Source of the DNA: Minutocellus sp. GHC0000111
Taxonomy: Eukaryota
Assembly: GCA_977018835.1 (NCBI GenBank)
Contig: OZ361258.1
Location: forward strand, 3,100,001-3,164,000
DNA length: 64,000 nt
Direction: 5' to 3'
Shown: positions 13,274 to 23,956 of the stretch, piece by piece
Layout of the letters: each line of letters begins with the position of its first letter
How positions within the stretch are numbered: the first letter of the stretch is position 1
Notes under the pieces: generated by a model
The model's database searches: none
Told to the model about the DNA's origin: nothing
What the model saw: only the letters and a program-made list of their open reading frames with translations
Program-made: the position numbers and the translations under genes

Positions 13274-14966
13274 CATCTGATGAGTCCTCGTGCCACCTGG
13301 GTCGTCTCCTTGGTGGTTGTGGTGGTGGTGGTTGCTGCTGCTGCGCCGTTGCCGTTGGTTGGGGCTTCTTTCCTGCTGCTACAGCTGCCTCGTCCTGACC
13401 AGCAGCAGCATTGGCAGTGGCAATATCGGCCCCATCCGTGCCATCGCCATCGTCCCCACCGCCCTCTCCGTTGTCCTTCTTCTTGTTCTTCTTCTCGTCC
13501 TCCCCCATCGTGGCATCGTCCTCGTTCCTCGGCTCGTAGTCGTGGCTCGATCCCGCCGCCGGTTGGGACAGCGGCGGCACCACGTGCCCGGCTGCGTCCG
13601 TCGCATTCTGATGGGCCGGCATGGCCAGCCCGGTCAGCCGGGTGAACTCCTCGTCCGTCATCGTCGTGGCATTGGCGGCGGTGGTGCCGGTTGCAGCGGA
13701 CCTGGATTTGGTCGTTATCTCGGCCCTGCCATCGTCGTCGTCGTCGTCAATGGCGGTCCAACCCTCCTCCTGATCGGCTGGTGCCGCCGATGCTGCTGCT
13801 AAAGATGCTGCTGCTGGGGGAAGCACCGACTTCTCCACAACACGAACTGGCCCCGCCTCCTCCCGCATTACATGCACAGACGATGGCACCGTTCGGCCAA
13901 CGGTGGCATTGCCGCCGCCGGAATCGGATCCGTCTCCATTCTTCCTGGCAGTGCCAGCGTCGGTATCAGCAGCGCCGGTAGCGGCAGTCGTATCCACAGC
14001 AGCAGCAGCATCCACAGCAGCAGCATCCACAGCAGCAGCAGCAGCAGCAGTATCCACAGCATCGGCCGCCGGCTGCTCGCTGCCAACCTTTCGCATCTCC
14101 TCCTCCTCGTCACCGTCGTTATGATTATTGTCGTCGTCGTCGTCTGCCCGATCGAAACTACCTTCCGCTGGCAGCAACGAGGCACCCACACCAGTATTAA
14201 CACCAGCATTAACACCAGCAGCCACGGCGGGATTCTCGGCGGTAGCCCTCCCGGTTCCAATGCATGTAGTAGATGCACCGTTCGCGGCGGCAGTCGGCAC
14301 GGCTTGGGCGGTATTAGTAGAGCTGCTGGCGGTAGAGCTCGCGGCGTACCCCCACTGCCCCCGCGGCCGCTTGCGCTTTCTGAACGTCCGCTTCTTTGTC
14401 ATGGGAGCAGCAGCGGCAGCGGCACCGCCAGCCCCAGCATCCTGAGAGTTCATAGAGGCAGCGGTCAAGGTCGAGGCGGTAGCAGTTGAGGCAGATGCTG
14501 GCGGGCCGTCCATCTCGATGGTCAGGGTCGAAGAGGCAGTCGGTCCCACGCCGACGCCGGTTTGAGAGTTGCCGTCCAAGTTAGTTCGGGGCCATCAATG
14601 AATGAATTGAAAAAAATAAATCAAAATCGATACAGGTCAGCCCACTCCAGCACCCTCGGTCGGCCAATCGGCAGGTAGCCGTACGCTCCGCGGGGCAAGA
14701 GTCGAGTCGGAGCAGCGGTTGCTCAGCCAGCTAGCAGTTTCGAAGTTCGGAGTGCGGCCGCGTGAAAGGCACCGAGGCCACCGAGAGCCGAGCGAGGCAG
14801 CCATGGCCGCATCGGCAGCCTCACTCCCCCCTTTCTTTTGGGGGAATATAGAAATAGAAACCCCTCTTTTCGCAACGCACGAGTGCGATAATGCATGTCA
14901 AGCAAGATGTCAAAAATCGCACCTACATGGCTGTAGCTAGGTATCTTTTGAGCACGTTGTTATATA
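13274..14966 (-). repeat. Arm 2 of the inverted duplication; carries the upstream region and N-terminal part of the Deltex gene as chimeric ORF 13200-14513
   Basis: ORF 13200-14579(-) matches ORF 6565 up to EDSSD and then reads into foreign sequence. Confidence 0.95.
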
Positions 14967-15142
14967 TGTTAGTCCCAAAATGCGCACTGTCCCAGTTCGC
15001 GAACTGGGATCCCAGTTTGGAAACTGGGATAAATGGCACAATCTCAGTTTGCAAACTGGGATCAATCGAGAAATAATGAATATTTAGCAAGGATGATGTC
15101 GCCTTTGCTTCTCCTCGCTTCATTTTTTCATTCAGCCAAAGA

Positions 15143-15766
15143 ATGGAAAACATCGTCATTTGCTCTGATCCCGGCGGCGGCTCGTGCCCTGCTGCCCACT
15201 GCGGCGGTGGCGACGACGGGGTAATGGCAATGTTGATTATGTTGACATTTGTATTGGCCGCCGCTCTTGTTGTTGTTGCTTTTTGTTGCTCGCTTCGTCC
15301 CGCCAGCCCCGCCAGCATCAACGGCGAGGACTATGAAAATGCCATGCTCAATGCCAGCGTGCCGACACTTGTTGCGGTGCAGAATCTTTACGCAAGTGCG
15401 AAACGTCGTGGCATCGCATTTGGTTCCGAGATGGAAGAAGCGGACCTTCTTCGCTCAAAATGCGGCATTGCGATAGCACGAGTAATGGCAAACATTCGTG
15501 ATGAAATGAATACAGATGCCATCCTGCTTTCTCCCTCCGACCTTCGAATTGAATTGAAGGCCGAGTTTGACGATGTTGATGACGCCTATGTGGCCGAGGC
15601 ATGGCGTGCCACCTTTGACGAAGTCCAAGATCCCTCAACTCCTCCTGCCTCAGACGATGATTTGAGCCACGCGAGCTCCGAAGATGAGCTCTCCGAGTAT
15701 GATAGTGAAGCAACACAGCCCAAACCTGGTCCAGACGATATTAGTTCTGGAGCTGATACTCCATAA
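15143..15766 (+). CDS. Transposon accessory ORF1: single hydrophobic segment plus acidic C-terminus, function unknown
   Basis: Intact 207-aa ATG ORF inside the TIRs. Diverged fragments recur at ~5239-5360 and at ~5915-5987 / ~19360-19435. Confidence 0.6.
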   Translation: MENIVICSDPGGGSCPAAHCGGGDDGVMAMLIMLTFVLAAALVVVAFCCSLRPASPASINGEDYENAMLNASVPTLVAVQNLYASAKRRGIAFGSEMEEADLLRSKCGIAIARVMANIRDEMNTDAILLSPSDLRIELKAEFDDVDDAYVAEAWRATFDEVQDPSTPPASDDDLSHASSEDELSEYDSEATQPKPGPDDISSGADTP

Positions 15767-16075
15767 ATTGGCATTAGCTGACACTAAATACATGTAGTGA
15801 ATAAATTTTAATATCTAGCTAGCTGCTGCTGGCAAATATAAGTCATACACTGTACATGCATCTGTGTTATGCCGGCATCATGCTGCTACTGTACAAGTAG
15901 TTTGCAAATTCAAGATGCGAGATGCTAGTTCGCAAATTTGCACTTCCAGTTTGCAAACTGAGACCTTCAAACAATCCCAGAATGCGCGCTGGCCACACAA
16001 ATTCATTTGACCGCCTAAAGTTCCCGCCCCGAATCAGAACTTTTGTCTTCGCTTCATTCAAAATTCACTTCCACC

Positions 16076-18602
16076 ATGGTAGTCACGTACGACGGCATCG
16101 CCGATCTAGCTGCCGAAAAGGAACGGCACAAGAAGGCCTTTGATGAAGCTGTGGAAGCGCAGCTGGAAAAACAGAAGGGGAGCGGAACCCTTCTCACAAA
16201 GGAGACTTTCGACAAGATTGTTGAGGCATGCAAGAAAAAGAAAACGCTTGACAAAGCTGCATTCAAAGACCTTTCGACACAGGAAGGGTACACCCAAGCA
16301 TACAAATGGGTCAAGAAATATGACTGCATCACTCTCGAGGATAAGGATGTACTCATTTTCATGCAGGAGGAAGGGGCGGCACTTGAGGATGCCATTCAAG
16401 TCTCCCACAGCGGCAGAGTCTTTGAGGACTTGCACGCGATTCACACAGAGAACAACGATCATCCCAAGGCCAGAACATTTAAAAATCGCGTCGTCAGCAA
16501 ATTCGGTAAAAGCATACCCGTTTGGCTTCAGAAAATATTCACAGATACTTGCCCAAGATGCATTGAGAAGGCTCGCCGTACAAAGCCTACTGCTGGGCAT
16601 CAGCCGATTATTACGAAAGGTTTCGGCGTGCGGGGCCAAGTGGATCTCATTGACTTTCAGAGCATGCCTGATGGGCCGTTCAATTTTTTGATGACGTACC
16701 AAGACCATGGCATCAAGATATGCCACCTGACACCAATCGTTCGCAAGAGAGCATCATGTGTTGCATATGCCTTGCTAGAGATATTCACCCTTCTTGGACC
16801 GCCGGCGATATTGCAGTCCGATAATGGCAGAGAGTTTAGCAACGCTGCAACGGCATCAGGAGGCCGATTCGTTGAGCTCGATGATGAGGTAAGACATTGT
16901 TGTGTTCATCTTTTGACATCTTGAGCACATATTGCGCACAAATCTCACTTCACCCTTTTTCCATCCCCTTACCGCTTGCGCTACTACCGCTTCGAATGCG
17001 CCAGTTCCTCGACGAAGTCATTAGTGAAATCAAGAAGCTGTGGCCAGAATGTCTTATGGTCAAGGGCTCTCCCCGCCGAAAAGAGGCGAACGGAGGCATT
17101 GAGCGATTGAACCAGACCGTCGAGAACAAGATCGGGACAATCCTCAAAGACCATGGGTCCAAGAAATGGGCCACACTCTGCAAATTGGTTCAATGGCGCG
17201 TCAACACACAGCAGCACAGTAGCGTGAAGGCCATGCCATACCAGCTATTGACTGGTCAAAGACCGAGGGTAGGAATATCTGGTCTCCCCATTGCCAAGGA
17301 GCTGTTGGAAACGCTTACCACCGAGGCAGCGCTCAACCGCATCCTTCACATTCCGGAGGATGGGCGAATCGAAGACAGCACAATAAATCTTGCTTCTGGG
17401 GCTACGTGCTCTGCCGATTCGGCCGAAGACGAGGAGGAGAACGAGTTGCCTCCACTGCCAATGCCGGCGGTAGAGGTTGGTGCAGGCGGAACTATGACAA
17501 TTGTCGCCGCCGCGACGACGACGACGACGACGACGAGGAGATGCATGATAACAATAATGATGACGACTGCGCTGCTGGCCGCGATGCGTCATCACGCCAG
17601 CAGTCGCGCGCCGGCGCCGCCAGCGGCAGCAGGCCTACTAGTACCGATGGCACCAGTATCGGGAACAAACGCAAGCGCGGTAGTACTCCAGCACCAGTGA
17701 AAACAACGAAGTGGCTTGAGCTCGTTGGAGATTTCAAGAGGATAAGACTCCTGAAAACGTTTGGGCTCGATGACCTGAAGGACACAGGCATCAGAGAAAT
17801 GATCCCCGTAGAAGATTGCGACGATCTCGCTACCAATGAATGGCGCCAAAGCATACTTGTGAGGGTGAAAAAGGACTTGTGGGAAATACGCGCGCAGGAT
17901 GGCACTTCGGTGCTCGATACCGTCGCCGGTACCGGGGACCATGGCCTTTACAATGAGTGGGGCTCGTACTATCGGATGCCAAGCCAAGACAGCATATTTG
18001 CAGCAGAGGATGAAGCAGAGAAACAAGCGAGCGCCGAAGCCGATGGTGATGAGCGCATAATGGAAAGTCCTGGGCGCAGAAGTCTGAGGTCGGCAGCGCA
18101 TCAGAATCTGACGAAGCAAGCCGATACAATGAAGAGAAGAGCGAAAGATGTTGCAGGTGATGTCAAAGTTGGCAGCATCGTGCACGTACCGCTAGATGAT
18201 GTCGACTCAACCAAAGTAGATGGGAAAAACATAACTGCAGTTGTCGTGGAGATAGTTCGGTCTAGTGAAAAAGCGCCGCCACGATACAGAGTTGCTGTGA
18301 AGAATGGAGTTCTGAGCACAATGCAACCGAGGCATGGCATGACTCTAGTGAAAACAGCGACACCAGAGTTGATGGGCCTCCAAGAGACACTTGGCTCGTG
18401 GGCGGGCTTACCTTCGATTACTTTTCGTGAAGCAGCAAGGGGCGCTTCGACCGTTGGAGGCCAAGGCGTAACGAAATGCAATTGCAATGGCAAATGTGAT
18501 TCAAACCGGTGTTCTTGTTACAAGGCCGGCCGAGTATGCAACTCAAGATGTCATCGAGGAAATAGCAAGTGCAAAAACCACGATGACTGCAATGAACGAT
18601 GA
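16076..18602 (+). CDS. Integrase-like transposase (KRBA2/SCAND3-related)
   Basis: HHCC zinc motif (IH...DH...CPRC), DDE motifs RGQVDLID, ILQSDNGREF and NGGIERLN, PYQLLTG, and C-terminal CNC...C...RCSC.KAG..CNSRCH. Intron 16889-17004. One frameshift at ~17512. Confidence 0.9.
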
Positions 18603-18982
18603 CTAGGTGTACATGTTGTACTTCCCATCTCCTGAGTATGTCAATGTGATGAAACGACTACACGCATGTAGAAAATTGTTATACATGTAGATAACAACTT
18701 ATAGTTTACATTTATTTCATGATGCACAGTGCAACTAGTATTGTAGATAGATCTACCAGTACACGTACAAAATAATCATTGTGCATGAGCCAACACCAGC
18801 AGTTACCATTCTGGCACTTGCCGAGAATACCAGTTTGGAAACTGGTATTTATTATTGTTCCAGTTCGCGAACTCGTCTGGTTCCCAAATTCGGATTAGCT
18901 TATTTATCTCAGTTTCCATTCTGGTAGTATCAGTGCGCAAACTGAGATCCTATTTTGGGAACTGGGGCCCAGTGCGCAAACT

Positions 18983-19626
18983 AGGATCTCAGTTTGCGCA
19001 CTGATACTACCAGAATGGAAACTGAGATAAACACGCCAATCCGAATTTGGGAACCAGACGAGTTCGCGAACTGGAACAAAAATGAATACCAGTTTGGAAA
19101 CTGGCATTCTCGGCAAGTGTCAGAATGGTAACTGCTGGTGTTGGCTCATGCACAATGATTATGTACTGGTAGATCTATCTACAATACAAGTTGCACTGTG
19201 CATCATATCTTGAATTTGCAAGCTACATGTACTGGTACAGTAGCAACATGATGCCGGCATAGCACAGATGCATGTACAGTTCATGACTTATATTTGCCAG
19301 AAGCAGCTAGCTAGATATTATTATTTATTCACTATATGTATTTAGTATCAGCTAATGCCAATTTATTGAGTATCAGCTCCGGCACTAATGTCGTCTGGAC
19401 GTCTGGACCAGGTTTGGGCTGTGTTGCTTCACTATGAAAAAATGAAGCGAGGAGAAGCAAAGGCGATATCATCCATGCTAAATATTCATTATTTCTCGAT
19501 TGATCCCAGTTTGCAAACTGAGATTGTGCCTATGATCCCAGTTTCCAAACTGGGATAAATAAATCCTAGTTCGCAAACTGGGATCCCAGTTCGCGAACTG
19601 GGACAGTGCGCATTTTGGGACTAACA
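18983..19626 (-). mobile_element. Inverted non-autonomous derivative embedded at the right end of the full element
   Basis: Reverse-complement matches to 18719-18951, ~15703-15916 and ~14967-15131. Ends in the family TIR followed by (TA)n. Confidence 0.85.
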
Positions 19627-21001
19627 TATATATATATGACCGTTGGGATTCGTTCCAACGATTTTTTAACTCGCCTACTAGTGACATTCTTTGCTGATTT
19701 GTAATATATAGTTTGGGAACTGGGGCCCAGTGCGCAAACTGGGATAAATGAATCTCAGTTCGCAAACTGGGATCCCAGTTCGCGAACTGGGACAGTGCGC
19801 ATTTTGGGACTAACATATATATTCTTACTACGTTTGAAGAAGACAAGCAGACTGGACACGCGTCTTAGTAGAATGGTAGATCTGGTTTATCTCAACAGCA
19901 ATCTCTGCTTAGTAATTTTAAAATCCTTTCTCTGTACTGTTAGGTTGAAAGTGCGCACATCACATGTGTGTAAAATATGCATGTACATGCATGATCTCAT
20001 TGGATCATATCAAAAGAGAGATCAATTATATTCGTACAAAATGTGTCAACGAGGAGGTGTGAGGAAAGAAAAGACACTGCGAGTGCGTGACGTGCCTACT
20101 GTTCGGCCTTCTTCGTCAATCTTCTCTCGTGGACACAGTTATCTTCCGAAGTCTCCCGGCCCTGATGTGCTTGTCCATCATGCGTCCTTCGATTCTATCC
20201 AATACATCCGTGCACTCATCATCATTTTCTTCAATATCGTCTATGTCACCAAGCACTGTGAGTAAGTCCCGAAAGTGCAGAAGGGGAGATACCTCGACGG
20301 ATATCGCAGCTGCATGCGGACGAGGGGAGTTGTCGTGAAGCTTCCCAAAGTAGGATGGACGTGAATCGGTCATTCTTCGAATGGAGGCTACAGATGAGCT
20401 GAGTCAATGTGAAGTCAAAATGGAGACTACAGATGAGTTGAGTAATGAGATAGCTTGGTAAAAGTTGCTTCTTTGGTATTCGTTTGCCTCGATGAGATAC
20501 TCTGCAGCGTCGGTCGAAGTGTTCCCTCAAATTTATTTTCAACATATTCTTTCGGTGATCGATGAAATTGATCATCACAACAAAGGTGATGCCCAATTGA
20601 TGTCGAAGGCAAATCAATTTCAGAAGGAAAAGTGTCGTAGACTCCAAGCTCGTCGTTGCAGAGGAGGCCGACGACCTGCCGCCTCAGTGCAATTGGTAAA
20701 GATCGAAGATTCATGACAATTACACGCCAAAAACGCACTAAGCAAGAATTGTTCTCAGATAGATATATACTAGTATTAGTATTAGGGATTTATTTAGAAA
20801 GATCTTCAACGAACAATTTCTTTGGCTACTAAATGTACGTATCCAGTAGACTGTACGACGCCGTGCCGATTCATCGCAATGGCACAGGGCACATACGATC
20901 GTATCTGAATACTAGCTAGCTAGAGATGATGAAAAGGTCCGCCATCTCATGTTGGCCTCCACCTTATGCGAAATAATTCATCCAGCTCCCTAGCAAACAA
21001 T

Positions 21002-23401
21002 TCAAAACAGCTCGTCTCGATCATCCATGAGATCATCTTCGTCGTCGTTCCAAGAGAGTGAAGTATGCTTCTTTCCACCATTTTTCGACGAGGAACTTCT
21101 CCTTGTCGGCTTGTCCGATGAACGAGGGCCTTTGCTCGAAACTGCCGAAGAAGAAGATGAAGCACCCGACTTCTTGTTTGAGGAAGATCTGTCTCCCATT
21201 CCTCCAGCAGACGATCTCTTCGTTGGTTGCCGGGCATCATACATGTTGTAGTCGCCATCTTCATCTTCACTGCTACCGCTTAGAAAATCATCGTCAACGA
21301 AGCGTTTCTTGCTACTGCTACTCCTTTTTCGATTGCCTTGTTTCGTTGCAGGGGCATACCTTCCATTTGCGACCCTTTCACCGGGCTTCGCAACCTTTCG
21401 ATTTTCCACCGGTTTACCGCCATTCGTCTTGTTGTCAAATCTCCTTGCATTCTCGGGGCTTTCGCGCAACAGGATGAATATCTTGGTAACGTCGTCATAC
21501 CCCGTCTTGTGCACTGGAGGGTGCGATGCAGCCATCATGAACGGATACAGACCCGTAACGGGGTCGGGAACGTCGAGAGCTTCATGATCGGCCTTGGCCA
21601 AGCGCTCAATGTCCTCGTAATCGAACCACTTATTGTCGCTGGCCTCGTGGAGCGGCAGTCGTCCCCTCCGATTCTTCTTGAGAGCAGCTTCCGGGTAGGA
21701 TCGAATTATCGTGGATAGCATGGTGTTCGGTGCAATGGTCTGCAGCATCTCCCTCGCCTCACTTGTGAGGAGATACTCCGTCCCGGGAGTCATCTCGAAC
21801 TGATACAGCTTCCGACCGGCATCGTTCTGACAGAAGCAATGCAGGGGTAGGTTTCCATTGGCATCGACGGCCTTGGCCTGGTCGGGGTAAAGTTGGAGTA
21901 TCAACCACGGTATCACACTCAAAATGTTGGAATCGTACTCTCTCGAGAATAGCTTGTGCAGTGCCGGATATGGGAATGGCCGGCCCTTGGCCGGATTGCA
22001 AAACAGGGCGTCCATCATCATCTTCGCCTTGGACCATGAGTTGGCCAATGGGGCGCTCATATCCTCCTCTGTCTTTATCTGTCGCAACGACGTCAGCACA
22101 TCCTGCAAATTATATCGTATAAATTCCAAGTTGGCGTCCGGATTGTTCGCAGCGCCGTGCTGCGTAGCGCCGGATGCCATCCCCGTAAAGGCATGCGGCA
22201 TGAGCTGCCGGACGAAGCACGCGTCTAGCAGGCTAATGTCAAATTCTGGATCCTCCCCACCGGCCAAGGCTCGGACCTTGCCCCGTTGCTGTGGTGTCAT
22301 TGTTGTTGAAGTTTTGGTTCCATTCTTCTTTCCACTACCGCCGTCGCTTCCATTGCCACTACGTCCAACCTCATCAAGAATAAATTTCAGCACACCGGCA
22401 TGACCATTGACGCAGGCAATGTCAATCGGTTCCCTGCGGATCATCTCCCCGTGCATGAATCGACTGAGTCCACCTCCTCCTGCACCACCTGCATGCGGCC
22501 GATACCTCTGCCGGTAGCTCACCGGTGGCTTGGTCGCGGCCGTCAGCGCTTTGCCCTCGTTGATTGCCACAATTTGCTCCAGGATGTCGACGGGAACGTT
22601 TCTGCCCGACATGCAGCACGCCTGGAAGACGTTGGCGTCGATGGCGTGCGTCCGCGAGGCCGTGGTGGCCGCCGCGATCACCGCGGCGTTGGGTTCGTGA
22701 CTGCGATTGCTGTTGATGTTTGTGTCGCTGTTGTGCTCTTCTACATCAATGGCACCATCGTGGTCGTTATCATCGTCTTCCCCCTCGTCGTCGTCCTCGT
22801 CAATATTTGCAGTCCTCCTGCGTCGATTCATCTCCACCGTAAACGGCAACGGGGCCACATAATGTCCCAAATTGTCCACCCCAAAGATTTGGTTGCGATC
22901 CTCCACCTCACTTTCGGCCAATATCCTCCTCAGATCCTCCCACCGTCCGCTGTTGATTTGGGACAGCACCGCGCCGAGCGTTTGACGATTGCGATAATGT
23001 CTCTGGCGGAGGGCCGAGAGACGTTCCTCCTCGGCGGTTTGCGGTGGGTCGGGAGCTGATTCGTACGCGGCAATTACGGCTGCCACGGCGGCTGCCGCAG
23101 ATTCTTCGGCGGTCATGTTTTGATTCTGGTTGACGTTTTGGTTGTTATTTGCGTTGCCATTTGCATTGTTGTGATTTGCGGCGGCTGCGGCAGGCTGAGC
23201 ATGTCCATTGTGGACGTTGCCGTGATGGCCGTCGACGACCGCCATGAGATGGGCCGCGGCGGGTTCCATCATAGGCGGGACGTGCAGTGCCCCCACCGGC
23301 GGAACTAACAGTGCGGGCGCCCCCCCGTTGTTATTATTGTTGCCATTTCCACCACCGTTGTTATCGTTATCGGCCATGTCGTCGTCTTGGTTGTTTTCCA
23401 T
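21002..23401 (-). CDS. Ankyrin-like repeat protein
   Basis: PIDIAC.NGH, D.NGNLPLH, N.RGRLPLHEA and DPVTGLYPFMMAA motifs. Likely start MENNQDDD. Confidence 0.75.
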   Translation of the reverse strand: MENNQDDDMADNDNNGGGNGNNNNNGGAPALLVPPVGALHVPPMMEPAAAHLMAVVDGHHGNVHNGHAQPAAAAANHNNANGNANNNQNVNQNQNMTAEESAAAAVAAVIAAYESAPDPPQTAEEERLSALRQRHYRNRQTLGAVLSQINSGRWEDLRRILAESEVEDRNQIFGVDNLGHYVAPLPFTVEMNRRRRTANIDEDDDEGEDDDNDHDGAIDVEEHNSDTNINSNRSHEPNAAVIAAATTASRTHAIDANVFQACCMSGRNVPVDILEQIVAINEGKALTAATKPPVSYRQRYRPHAGGAGGGGLSRFMHGEMIRREPIDIACVNGHAGVLKFILDEVGRSGNGSDGGSGKKNGTKTSTTMTPQQRGKVRALAGGEDPEFDISLLDACFVRQLMPHAFTGMASGATQHGAANNPDANLEFIRYNLQDVLTSLRQIKTEEDMSAPLANSWSKAKMMMDALFCNPAKGRPFPYPALHKLFSREYDSNILSVIPWLILQLYPDQAKAVDANGNLPLHCFCQNDAGRKLYQFEMTPGTEYLLTSEAREMLQTIAPNTMLSTIIRSYPEAALKKNRRGRLPLHEASDNKWFDYEDIERLAKADHEALDVPDPVTGLYPFMMAASHPPVHKTGYDDVTKIFILLRESPENARRFDNKTNGGKPVENRKVAKPGERVANGRYAPATKQGNRKRSSSSKKRFVDDDFLSGSSEDEDGDYNMYDARQPTKRSSAGGMGDRSSSNKKSGASSSSSAVSSKGPRSSDKPTRRSSSSKNGGKKHTSLSWNDDEDDLMDDRDELF

Positions 23402-23956
23402 GACGGGGGAGGTGGTTCGATCGATCGTGAAATGACAGATGAATTCCAGCAGCACGTGTCTGAAAAATAAAATGCCGAGGATACAACGGCAAAGATACCA
23501 AGCTAAGAATGATTGTCGGAGTGATATATATGGCAGTATGGTGGGTTGGTATCTACAAGCCAATGGAAGGCAGGAGCAAGGCCAAGCAGTAGATACGGCA
23601 CCGGCACCGGCATCTTGTGTCATGCATGCATAGCAATTGCCGGAATTAATTAACGTGCTCCCAATGACCTTCGTAAGAGAAAGTCCAAGGTCAAAACTTC
23701 AATGCCGACGATCGAACGATGATCCAAGCCAACGTGCGTGACGGCCACCCTCGTCTATTGCATGCAGATTGAATTCAGCACTGAAGCGAAGCACGCACTC
23801 AAGCATTCCATTACTACGTAGTAGACCAGTAGGTGTGGCTTGTACAACTTCTTTCGACTTATTTCTCAAAAGAAGAACAGAAAAATAATTGCGCGCGAAC
23901 CGCCAAGTAGCAAAGTAGCGAGCGGGTTGGAAGACAAGAGCGACATTATTCCTGCG

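Larger units (their letters stand above)
14967..19815 (+). mobile_element. Ginger/GingerRoot-like DNA transposon (integrase-type DDE transposase, TGT...ACA termini, TA-repeat flanks)
   Basis: Left end TATATA|TGTTAGTCCCAAAATGCGCACTGTCCCAGTTCGCGAACTGGGATCCCAG. Matching inverted ends at 19626 and 19815, each followed by TATATA. Internal transposase gene and palindromic subterminal repeats. Confidence 0.85.

Noticed and set aside
16076..18602. Integrase as part of an LTR retrotransposon or Polinton
   Set aside because: No RT, protease, LTR, polymerase or capsid is present, and it is bounded by TIRs.
18830..19815. Recurring palindromic repeats resembling a CRISPR array or REP elements
   Set aside because: Spacing is irregular, there are no unique equal-length spacers or cas genes, the context is eukaryotic, and they are explained as transposon subterminal motifs.
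20087..20738. Short ORFs right of the transposon
   Set aside because: They are fragmentary with no recognisable motifs, so no gene call can be supported.
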